Shown: piece after piece, positions 9,901-18,341 of the stretch | Numbering within the stretch: the stretch's first letter is position 1 | Layout: each line of letters opens with the position of its first letter | DNA from: an uncultured virus (IMG/VR IMGVR_UViG_3300029305_012016) | Taxonomy: Duplodnaviria; Heunggongvirae; Uroviricota; Caudoviricetes | Length of the DNA stretch: 64,000 nucleotides | Reading direction: 5' to 3' (one strand) | IMG/VR virus record: IMGVR_UViG_3300029305_012016 | Position numbers and translations under genes: made by a program | Notes under the pieces: generated by a model | Told to the model about the DNA's origin: nothing | The model's input: only the letters and a program-made list of their open reading frames with translations | Databases searched by the model: none

Positions 9901-12015
9901 TTACACAGAGTTGATTCTTTCTCGCAATTTTGAGTTTCTTCTGATTGCCGGGACGGTGCCAACAGCTTTTGCTACGCTTCTCGCGTCGCCAAGGAGAACT
10001 AACTTCTTCTTGGGGCGAGTCGCTGCAGTATAGAGAAGGTTCCTCTGGAGCATGACATAATGCTCAGAGTTACAACAGACCACACATCCGTCATATTCCG
10101 AACCCTGCGATTTGTGGACCGTCGTGGCGTAAGCCAAAGATAATTGACTAAAAGCTCTCGACGCCGTATAGTCCAATAAGACGCCGGAGTCGAAGCGCAC
10201 AGAGACTACTTTAGCCTCCGAGTCAACATCAACAATCGTGCCACAATCGCCGTTGGCGATATGATCCTTCCATTCATTTTCCATTTGCATGACTCTGTCG
10301 TGCAGTCGCAGTGTTTTTTCTCCGCTCTCAATATAGGTCCCCGGAGATAAGGGGTTTAGGATGTCCTGAACCACTGTGTTAAGAAGACTGACAGAAGTGG
10401 ATGATCTGGTTCTCATTGGCGATAAGATCACGCACCCCTCCACACCGTACTTTTCGACCATTTGCATATAATGGTGAACGGCAAGATTTGTCATTTGGTC
10501 CTTCGTTGCGGGAACAAATCGGAAAGATTCATCTTGCATAAAAGAATGAACACCCTGCCCATTATTGATGTTTCTGGCATTGCTTGCAATAAAGCCGGAC
10601 TGTCTAAAGCAAAGCGTCAGTTTTACGCTCGGAACGCAAGGAGAAGCAAGAAGGTCTCGGAAAAAATTGCCGGGACCAACCGGAGGAAGCTGATCGACAT
10701 CTCCCACGAAGATAATTCTGGAAGATCTGCTGATCTTTGATAAGAGAGAATCTGCAAGAGTGATATCGAGCATTGACGCTTCATCCACAATAATGAGACT
10801 GTCCTCGATTTTTTCTTCTGTCGTCAAAATAACCTGATGGATCGTTTTGGCCGGAAGCTCCGTGACCTCCGTCATTCTGCGAGATGCCTTTCCGGTGGGA
10901 GCCGCAAGAACAACATTTTCCACATCATTATCATCGGCCAGAAAACAGTCGATAATAGCACGGGTGATCGTGCTTTTACCAGTTCCCGGACCACCTGTAA
11001 TTACGGAGATAGGGTATTTTAAGGCAGTTCGCACAGCGAGACACTGCGTTGCTTCAAGAGATGATTTAGATAAACCCATGTCGATAGCCAAATCTGATAC
11101 AGGAGGAAGAGTCGAATGTCTTGCCTCCCGAATCCTCTTTGCAATACGAGTTTCGGCAGTAAGAAGTCTCTTTCGATAGATTGCCCCATCTTCTTCAACG
11201 ACGAGCTGATTTTTTTCCCACAGTGTTTTTATGCTGTCGGCAATTACGTCAACGCTTGTTTCAACTCCCAACAAATCCGTTAGATTGCTGTGGAGAGTCG
11301 GTGCGTAAATAAAGCAGTGCCCGTCTCCCTCGACTTTGCGGAGAACATACACAATTGCTCCGCAGATGCGTCGAGGATCATCCTTAGGGATACCCAAGGA
11401 TAAGGCGATTTTGTCTGCCGTTTTGAAGCCAACGCCGTCGAGGTCCATAATAAGAATATAAGGGTCGCTTTTTAGCTTCGTCACCGATTCCTCTTTGTAA
11501 AGTTCATAGATAGAAAGAACTTTAGAATCGCTGATTTCGGGAGGAAGATATTCCCGGAGCTTTCGGTAAGCGACATTCTCCCAGTACGACTTAGCAATTT
11601 GGTCGCACATTGCAGGAGAAATGCCCTTGACTTTTGATAATGCCTGGGGATCTTCTTCAATCACCTTGTATGTGTCGGAACCAAACTCTTTGTAGATGCG
11701 TTCTGCTTTTCGGGTTCCAAGTCCCTTAATGAATCCGCTGGAGAGGAAAGAAACGATGGCATCCTTTGTCGCCTTCACTTTCATCTCCGACTTCACAATT
11801 TGGAATTGCGGGCCGTACTTGGGGTCATAGATCCACTTGCCATGTATGGCATACTCCGTTCCGTCATTTTTAGGTTCGTATAGGCTGCCGGAGGCACGGA
11901 ATTCTGAACCCTTATGTTCAGCAACTACACTCGACCAAGAACCGCGAGAGCAGAAGACTCTGCGAATGGTTACACCTTCAAGGGTCATATCTTTATCAAA
12001 TTCCGGTAAGTCCAT
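9901..12015 (-). CDS. recD2: RecD2-family SF1B helicase (copy B)
   Basis: N-terminal HhH (IKGLG); GGPGTGKS; APTGKA; DEASM; GDVDQLPPVG; AYATTVHKSQGSEY. Confidence 0.92.
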   Translation of the reverse strand: MDLPEFDKDMTLEGVTIRRVFCSRGSWSSVVAEHKGSEFRASGSLYEPKNDGTEYAIHGKWIYDPKYGPQFQIVKSEMKVKATKDAIVSFLSSGFIKGLGTRKAERIYKEFGSDTYKVIEEDPQALSKVKGISPAMCDQIAKSYWENVAYRKLREYLPPEISDSKVLSIYELYKEESVTKLKSDPYILIMDLDGVGFKTADKIALSLGIPKDDPRRICGAIVYVLRKVEGDGHCFIYAPTLHSNLTDLLGVETSVDVIADSIKTLWEKNQLVVEEDGAIYRKRLLTAETRIAKRIREARHSTLPPVSDLAIDMGLSKSSLEATQCLAVRTALKYPISVITGGPGTGKSTITRAIIDCFLADDNDVENVVLAAPTGKASRRMTEVTELPAKTIHQVILTTEEKIEDSLIIVDEASMLDITLADSLLSKISRSSRIIFVGDVDQLPPVGPGNFFRDLLASPCVPSVKLTLCFRQSGFIASNARNINNGQGVHSFMQDESFRFVPATKDQMTNLAVHHYMQMVEKYGVEGCVILSPMRTRSSTSVSLLNTVVQDILNPLSPGTYIESGEKTLRLHDRVMQMENEWKDHIANGDCGTIVDVDSEAKVVSVRFDSGVLLDYTASRAFSQLSLAYATTVHKSQGSEYDGCVVCCNSEHYVMLQRNLLYTAATRPKKKLVLLGDARSVAKAVGTVPAIRRNSKLRERINSV

Positions 12016-12018
12016 TTT

Positions 12019-14172
12019 TTATTCCTTTCCCTGCAAGAGAGCCTGCAAATTGGATCTCCGCAGCATAGTTTTTCTGTTTAAGACGCAAGTAGCGATAGAA
12101 CCCTGGGCAACAACGAGGATTACTCGCTTTTTTGCTCTTGTAATAGCCGTGTAGAGCACGTTCCTCTGCAAGAGAGATTTAGGTTCCGAACCTAAAACAC
12201 AGATAGCCGTTGTGTATTCCGATCCTTGTGACTTGTGGATAGTCGTAGCATATGCGAGAGTCAAATCATCGAGATTGCAATGCTCGACAGGGATAACTTC
12301 GTCTCCGACTTTTACAGACAGAGAGTCCTGAGCCACAGAAACAATGGTGCCACAGTCGCCGTTATTATAGCCTGCTTCGTAATTGTTGCGGGTAAACATC
12401 ACCTTATCTCGCAGACAGAATGTCGTTCCACCATATCTCAAAAATTCCTCCCTTGTGGGATTAGCGAGAGCTTGAAGAACAGGATTGAGAGAAGATGTGG
12501 AAGATGAATACTTCCGTCTTGCAGGGGTGAGGACTTGGCAGGCAAAAATATCGTTGGGATCATGCCACTTCTCAAAAAGCTCCTTTACGAGAACAGGAAT
12601 GTCGGAATCATCCGCTTCCAGTACCTCAAAATCAGATCCTTTTTTCATAGATGTGATGCCGTCCCGAATACGCTTCGCATTGTCGATAATCAGACTTTCG
12701 CCGGCTTGTCGGAATGTTTTTGTCAGAGCGCATACCGGAATCCTTCCGCACTGCATAAGGTCAAGCAAGAAATTGCCCGCACCGACAGCAGGAAGCTGAT
12801 CGGGGTCGCCTGTGAAGATTACAGTCGTGCCATTACGAATTGCTCCGCACAAAAGAGCTGCCACTTCCAGAGAAATCATAGACGCTTCATCGACCAGTAA
12901 AAGGTCTGCGTCAATTGGATCCAGCTCATTCTTGTTGGTGAATCCACCTTCAAAGGGCCGGAAGTCCAAAAGACGATGTATGGTAGAGGTTGGAATGGCA
13001 TTTTTACATGCCTCACTCATTCTCTGAGCAGCGCGTCCTGTTGGGGCGCAACCCTTAATCTTGCCATTCGGATTCAACTTCCTAAATGCGGCAATCAGAC
13101 CTCGGATTACAGTGGTCTTGCCTGTGCCGGGACCTCCAGTTACAATACCGACGCCTCCGGTTTCAAGCAAAGAAAATGCTGCAGCCTGACCCTTATCATA
13201 CTTAACTTTCAGGTCATTTTCGACTTCTGTGACCAAGGCATCCTTATCAAAGGAGCATGTCTGCGCAGACCTATTGATCCTCGAAATAGCAGATGCAACA
13301 CGACGCTCTTGGATATACAGAGACTCTAAGTACACTCTGTCTTCATCAAGAACAAAACCGTGCTTGCCGTCACGCAAAACCCTACCGATACAGGCAGACG
13401 CGATGGTCTCTGTATATAGGGTCACGTCAAGCATTTTTTTAACCATAGTTACAACGGACGAATAGGGCGTAAAGGAATGACCTGAATTCGCTTCCTTTGT
13501 AAGAACATGGTTAACTGCACCGACGATCCGGCGTTCATCAAACACTTTGATGCCAGCCAGGTCTTTTGCGATAGCATCGCAGATTTGATAATGGATACCG
13601 GCATTTCGCCCGACCTTGAACGGGTCCGCAAGGAGCTTTGCCACCGATACGACTCCATACTCTTTGAAGATTTTTGCGACTTGGGAATATGTCACATCGT
13701 ACTTCTTGAGTAAAGAAAACAGATTGCGTAGTTCCGTAGTTTCTTTTGCCCAGTCAACAATAGCTTGTGCTCTGTTTTTGCTAACGCCGGGAACAGAAGA
13801 TAATTTTGTGATACCAGCCTCAGAAAGAGCGACATCAAAGATGTTGTTGCCAAACTGCGTTACAAGAAGCTTTGCCGTTGCTTCACCAACGGTGGGGATC
13901 TTCTTGAGCAGCTCCAGTGCTGTTTCGGGATCATTGAATGATTCCTCAACGACGCAATCGACTAACTGCGGCCCACGCTTAGTGTTCTTCCATGTTCCCG
14001 TTACCTCAACCAAGGAGCGCTCCCTTGGGGCAACAAGAGTAGATGAACAAACGATCTCTTTTGCATCCTCTTCTGTTATGACCGAAAAAACAGTATACCC
14101 GCTTTGTTGATCACGGTAAATAATTCTGTTGATTCGCCCGGTCACGATTTGTGTTTTTCCTAATTCGATCAT
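12019..14172 (-). CDS. recD2: RecD2-family SF1B helicase (copy A)
   Basis: GGPGTGKT; APTGRAA; DEASM; GDPDQLPAVG; AYATTIHKSQGSEY; LYTAITRAK. Confidence 0.92.
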   Translation of the reverse strand: MIELGKTQIVTGRINRIIYRDQQSGYTVFSVITEEDAKEIVCSSTLVAPRERSLVEVTGTWKNTKRGPQLVDCVVEESFNDPETALELLKKIPTVGEATAKLLVTQFGNNIFDVALSEAGITKLSSVPGVSKNRAQAIVDWAKETTELRNLFSLLKKYDVTYSQVAKIFKEYGVVSVAKLLADPFKVGRNAGIHYQICDAIAKDLAGIKVFDERRIVGAVNHVLTKEANSGHSFTPYSSVVTMVKKMLDVTLYTETIASACIGRVLRDGKHGFVLDEDRVYLESLYIQERRVASAISRINRSAQTCSFDKDALVTEVENDLKVKYDKGQAAAFSLLETGGVGIVTGGPGTGKTTVIRGLIAAFRKLNPNGKIKGCAPTGRAAQRMSEACKNAIPTSTIHRLLDFRPFEGGFTNKNELDPIDADLLLVDEASMISLEVAALLCGAIRNGTTVIFTGDPDQLPAVGAGNFLLDLMQCGRIPVCALTKTFRQAGESLIIDNAKRIRDGITSMKKGSDFEVLEADDSDIPVLVKELFEKWHDPNDIFACQVLTPARRKYSSSTSSLNPVLQALANPTREEFLRYGGTTFCLRDKVMFTRNNYEAGYNNGDCGTIVSVAQDSLSVKVGDEVIPVEHCNLDDLTLAYATTIHKSQGSEYTTAICVLGSEPKSLLQRNVLYTAITRAKKRVILVVAQGSIATCVLNRKTMLRRSNLQALLQGKE

Positions 14173-14216
14173 TTTATAAAATTACCTCCAATCATCTTGT
14201 ATTTATCCCACACTAT

Positions 14217-14230
14217 ATTTTATAAGAAAA
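14217..14230 (-). promoter_or_regulatory. Element-specific promoter motif copy (recD2 pair)
   Basis: minus TTTTTATC-N8-TTTTCTTATAAAAT. Confidence 0.75.
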
Positions 14231-14241
14231 TCATGCTTGAT

Positions 14242-14273
14242 AAAAACGGGCAGACCGGGGGAACCGGCCTGCC
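14242..14273 (-). terminator. Intrinsic terminator
   Basis: GC-rich stem GGCAG.CCGG/CCGG.CTGCC with T-run on minus. Confidence 0.6.
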
Positions 14274-14297
14274 TCTTGATTGGACGGCATTGGGCCT

Positions 14298-15062
14298 TTA
14301 CTTTGTAATGAGTTCTTCGGTAATCTCGGGAAGAATGCGAAGGAGAGACATCTGAAGATCATGCAGTTCATCCTTAGCCTCGTCGCTATAGGTTCTCATA
14401 AGCGCCATATCCATGAATCGCATGAGCTCATAAGGCTGGATCTCCTGGCCACAAGAATAAATGGCTAAGTACCGGTTCATCAGCGAATGCCTTGCTCTGT
14501 CAGTAGCTCTTTCGGCAGGACTTGCAAAGTGGAGAAGGGAGAGATTCACTTCGCCGAGCTTAGAAGTGAGGCAGCCGACAAGCGAAGAGGACCCGGAATC
14601 GCTTCTGCTACGGACTTCATTCCAAATAGCAACGCGTCCGTTTTGAGCTGGGTTAACCGCATTCCCTTCGTCGTCCAACTCAACGGAAAAATCCTCGATT
14701 CCATCAGTAGCAGCGAAAGCCTCAACCAGAGCCATGTTATCGGCATCAAAGAGAAGATAAGTGTATCCGTCGTAGGGGATGGGGATAACTTGAGTGGCGA
14801 AGCTGTATTCAGATCTCAAACGCTTGCACTCACTTAGCCGGATTCTGTCTGCAAGTCGCGTACGAGCAAAATCGATCACAGTCGAGGAAGGACGAGGGAT
14901 GGCCCCGGTAGCGATAGAGTCTACAACAAACTCGATTTCGTCGCTGAGAAGACGATGATACTCTTCGTTTTGTGCGGAAGCGACATTTTTCTTCGCCACG
15001 CCAAGCACTTTCATAACAGCATCAATGTCCGTGGATTTAATGCGATAGCCAGTTAATTTCAT
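14298..15062 (-). CDS. Hypothetical protein
   Basis: 254-aa ORF with AGGAGG RBS. Confidence 0.75.
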   Translation of the reverse strand: MKLTGYRIKSTDIDAVMKVLGVAKKNVASAQNEEYHRLLSDEIEFVVDSIATGAIPRPSSTVIDFARTRLADRIRLSECKRLRSEYSFATQVIPIPYDGYTYLLFDADNMALVEAFAATDGIEDFSVELDDEGNAVNPAQNGRVAIWNEVRSRSDSGSSSLVGCLTSKLGEVNLSLLHFASPAERATDRARHSLMNRYLAIYSCGQEIQPYELMRFMDMALMRTYSDEAKDELHDLQMSLLRILPEITEELITK

Positions 15063-15132
15063 AATAACCTCCTAAAACTAAAAAAATAGTTTGTTTCTAA
15101 AAAAAATTGAAAAAATTTTTCAAAAAAAACCC

Positions 15133-15148
15133 AAAAAGATATATACAG
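15133..15148 (+). promoter_or_regulatory. 16-bp box AAAAAGATATATACAG, copy 1
   Basis: exact match to copies at 20265, 27199 (reverse) and 27322; just upstream of a -35. Confidence 0.6.
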
Positions 15149-15159
15149 GTCTCCTCGAT

Positions 15160-15188
15160 TTGACTTATTGAAACTTTTATGGTAAAAT
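15160..15188 (+). promoter_or_regulatory. Canonical sigmaA promoter of the sigma-like operon
   Basis: TTGACT-17 bp-TAAAAT with TG extended -10. Confidence 0.75.
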
Positions 15189-15212
15189 ATTAACTGATAA
15201 TATCGGAAAGAG

Positions 15213-15548
15213 GTGAGAATAGTGAATAATCATAAGCCATTAGACCTACGCGGATTGATAGCTAACAGTATTCTTGAATATGCTATCGAGGTCTATGGGC
15301 GATTTGATGATTCTTTCGCTTTTTACAACGCTTGGCTATTTGATGTTGCTCGCAAACGCGGATACCCCATGGGAGATAGCGAGAACTTCGAATTTGCTAT
15401 TGCGATCATCTCTTCTTGCATTCACGCCCCTCTTAATCTTCTCAAGATTGATCAAGAGGTAGAAAGAATGTTTGACTCGCGCATCCTTGGAGAATTGAAT
15501 TTTAGGAACGGAAGGGGAAATAATAATGGAGAAGATTTGCATTACTGA
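15213..15548 (+). CDS. Hypothetical protein overlapping the start of the sigma-like gene
   Basis: 111-aa ORF downstream of promoter and RBS; overlaps next gene. Confidence 0.6.
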   Translation: MRIVNNHKPLDLRGLIANSILEYAIEVYGRFDDSFAFYNAWLFDVARKRGYPMGDSENFEFAIAIISSCIHAPLNLLKIDQEVERMFDSRILGELNFRNGRGNNNGEDLHY

Positions 15549-17352
15549 ATTGATATCTGATTTTCCGGAGAATGTAGTTCCCGGAATGGAGACGCAACTT
15601 GAAGGCAGGGCGTATAAACTGCTCCTTGCCATGATGCGCGGCACGAAGACACCGCTTACTCTCGCCGAGTTTATTCCTGAATATGCCCTGAAGCTTCGTA
15701 TCCCGAAGGCTTCTGTGACATCTACCAGAGAGAAAAAGCCTACAAAGTATCGCACTTGCAATGATGATGCCGATGATACTCAGCAAACAGATTACGAGAA
15801 TTTCGATTATAGCGAGAATGACGAAGGCGGCGACGACTTTATTGAAGAAGATATCGAAGACGAGGTTGAAGAGGACAGCTCTCGCAGATTCACTTTCCAC
15901 GGGAAGGAGGAATTAAGAGCTGTTATGGGCGAAGGTATTTTCGTTAGCACGCCGATCAAGTATCACTATTTGCTGATCCTGAGCAACGAGAATTTGGCCC
16001 ACCTGTACAACACCTCCAGGGACAATCTCAGTTTTTGTCAGCTCGTATCTGCAATCCTCGTAGAACGCAACGAGGGCCTTATTCGAAATATTATTGCCGG
16101 AAAGTGCGGATACCTCCCTGCCGATCAGATGAACGATTATGTGCAGAACGCAAAGCTCCGTATTCTCCTTGCATTAGACGAAGGAAAGTATAATCAGCCC
16201 GGAACATCTCTTCGTAAGGGCAGCAACCCCTTCGATTTGAGATTTGGCACCTTTATCGGGCGTCATATTTTTACAGCTATTGATGAACAGAATGCTGCAA
16301 ACAATGGTGTTTCTCTTCATACATACAGACAGGTCAAGAATCTGACCAGTGCAAGTGCTAAGAGTGAAAAAAGAACTCTTACAGTAGAAGACTTGTGTGA
16401 GACATGTAATTTTGGCCCTCGCTCCTATTCTCACATTAACACAGCAGCTAAGGCCATCAACGGTCATTCCATTGACAGTGGAACTTACGACACTGTAATC
16501 GCCGATAATTCTGATCCCGAATCCGAGTTCATGGAAAAGGAACGCTTGGGGGATATTCAGAGACGGGTAAGAAAAGCAGTCATGGATCTTGGACTTCTTT
16601 TCCCCGGCGAGGAAGAAATTGCAACTGAAGTGTTCTTCAAGCACTACGCTGAAGGCGAAACCAATGTTTCCCTTGCAGCACGCCTTGGAATAGAGCCGAC
16701 TAAAGTTGCCAGCATTCTCCGTATCGCAAAGCCGTATTTTAAGAATAACCCTGAGGTCGCCGCCTTCAATAAAGAGCAGAAGCGTGTCTTCAGCTCTATT
16801 CGCAGCCACATTCTTTCTCTGTCCCAAGTTGACGCGGTGAATAAAGCTGCCGACGAGATTACTGAAGATATCATTCAAGAGAGAGAACGCATCCTGATGG
16901 ATCGCAGATATGAGATGTATTCCGCTTACTTGGACGAGCTTTACGAGAAGCAGGGCACGGATTTAGTCCCTGTGTACCGGAAGCGGTCAGAATTCCGTAG
17001 AGTAACTGCAGGAAAGGAATCCCAGTGGATCCCTATTTCCAACGGTGTCATGGAAATCGGCTTCTTGATTGTCGGCACGCACCCCAATTGCCACCCTGAT
17101 GCAGATTACTACATCGAAGAGGCTTATGTAGTCCCCTCTGCGAGAGGCAAGGGATACATGACCCGCACCTTTAACAACTTCATTCGAGAGCACAAGGGCA
17201 CATACTGTTATTTTGTCCTTACCAAGAATGACAAAGCCAAAGCTTTTTGGGAGAAGAGATTCGCCAAACTCAACTACGAACCCCTCCCCCTCAGAGATGT
17301 GGGTGCAGCAAATGAGCATTGCGTTCAGTATGGATGCCGTCCGTGCTTTTAA
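15526..17352 (+). CDS. Divergent sigma70-family protein fused to a C-terminal GNAT acetyltransferase
   Basis: acidic linker; region 2-like LVERNEGLIRNI..DYVQNA..RFGTFIGRHIFTAI; region 3-like RTLTVEDLCE; region 4 HTH TNVSLAARLGIEPTKV; GNAT motif A YVVPSARGKG and N..A..FW. Confidence 0.72.
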   Translation: MEKICITELISDFPENVVPGMETQLEGRAYKLLLAMMRGTKTPLTLAEFIPEYALKLRIPKASVTSTREKKPTKYRTCNDDADDTQQTDYENFDYSENDEGGDDFIEEDIEDEVEEDSSRRFTFHGKEELRAVMGEGIFVSTPIKYHYLLILSNENLAHLYNTSRDNLSFCQLVSAILVERNEGLIRNIIAGKCGYLPADQMNDYVQNAKLRILLALDEGKYNQPGTSLRKGSNPFDLRFGTFIGRHIFTAIDEQNAANNGVSLHTYRQVKNLTSASAKSEKRTLTVEDLCETCNFGPRSYSHINTAAKAINGHSIDSGTYDTVIADNSDPESEFMEKERLGDIQRRVRKAVMDLGLLFPGEEEIATEVFFKHYAEGETNVSLAARLGIEPTKVASILRIAKPYFKNNPEVAAFNKEQKRVFSSIRSHILSLSQVDAVNKAADEITEDIIQERERILMDRRYEMYSAYLDELYEKQGTDLVPVYRKRSEFRRVTAGKESQWIPISNGVMEIGFLIVGTHPNCHPDADYYIEEAYVVPSARGKGYMTRTFNNFIREHKGTYCYFVLTKNDKAKAFWEKRFAKLNYEPLPLRDVGAANEHCVQYGCRPCF

Positions 17353-17374
17353 CGGAACAACCTAATAATTTTTC

Positions 17375-17415
17375 GCTCAACGCAGCAGACTTATCACTGC
17401 TGCGTTGAGCTTTTT
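17375..17415 (+). terminator. Terminator between convergent genes
   Basis: 14-bp perfect stem GCTCAACGCAGCAG/CTGCTGCGTTGAGC + TTTTT. Confidence 0.8.
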
Positions 17416-17426
17416 GTTCACGGGGC

Positions 17427-18296
17427 TTAGGCCTCAAAGTCTTCTGAAGACATGGTGGCAATTGGCCGAGGAATCTTATCCTCCATGTACATGGATTCGT
17501 TTACCGTACGAAGCAAGACCAAATCCACGCGTAATAAATCGAGAGTTTCTTCCCGCTGCTCGTTGTAGCCAATCGCACATATTTCTTGAGCCCGAGCGAG
17601 CCGTTCTTCGCAGGCAGCGATTTCAGCAGAGATTTGTTCATTGATAGGGGCCATCCATCCGAGCTTTGCATGTCGAGCCATAACAGACTCGCCAAAAACT
17701 GTAGGCATTGCAGCACAAGCATCGAAAAGGCGTACACTAAGATCTCTAAAAAGATCAGCTCTGATGATGGCGGGATCTTCTGCATAATGGAATGAATCAG
17801 CAAAGTCCTGTTGATCAGGGTAAATCCATAGGCTTTCGATGATTCGAGCAATCTTTTTGTCAAGATCCACTTCAATTCGCAAAGTTTGCATGAGCGAAAT
17901 TTTAACTTCCTTGATTGCAATGCGACAATCTGTTTCCTGGGTGATGAAGGACGCCTCCCAAATAACATGCTGTTCATCTCGGATTGCGTGCGCCATGATT
18001 CCCTGGCGGAACGCCAACACTCTTTGGTTCTCCCAAATAACTTTATTTGCAATATCCGGATAGCAGAGGAGGATATCGGGGTTGGAACGCATCTTGGTTT
18101 CGAGATGTACTCTCATGCGCTTGAAGGCTTCGCTGATATCCATGGCTTCGGTTGCTTCTGAATACATCGGCCACCAACGGTTCATGCAATGCGTAATACA
18201 CACCGGATTATCGGAGATTGCGAGACCTATGAGCTCATCGAGCTCCTCAATGCTGGGCCTTCCAACACGGGGCCTTTTGACTGGCTTTACTTTCAT
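17427..18296 (-). CDS. Hypothetical protein, paralog of the N-terminal half of the upstream neighbour
   Basis: colinear shared motifs EAFK..R.H, WE.S.IT, T.RIE, IE..WIY...F.D, P.P.A. Confidence 0.75.
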   Translation of the reverse strand: MKVKPVKRPRVGRPSIEELDELIGLAISDNPVCITHCMNRWWPMYSEATEAMDISEAFKRMRVHLETKMRSNPDILLCYPDIANKVIWENQRVLAFRQGIMAHAIRDEQHVIWEASFITQETDCRIAIKEVKISLMQTLRIEVDLDKKIARIIESLWIYPDQQDFADSFHYAEDPAIIRADLFRDLSVRLFDACAAMPTVFGESVMARHAKLGWMAPINEQISAEIAACEERLARAQEICAIGYNEQREETLDLLRVDLVLLRTVNESMYMEDKIPRPIATMSSEDFEA

Positions 18297-18341
18297 AACT
18301 ATGTACTTCCTTTCTGTGTCGATATCAGTTAATGGGTTGCG

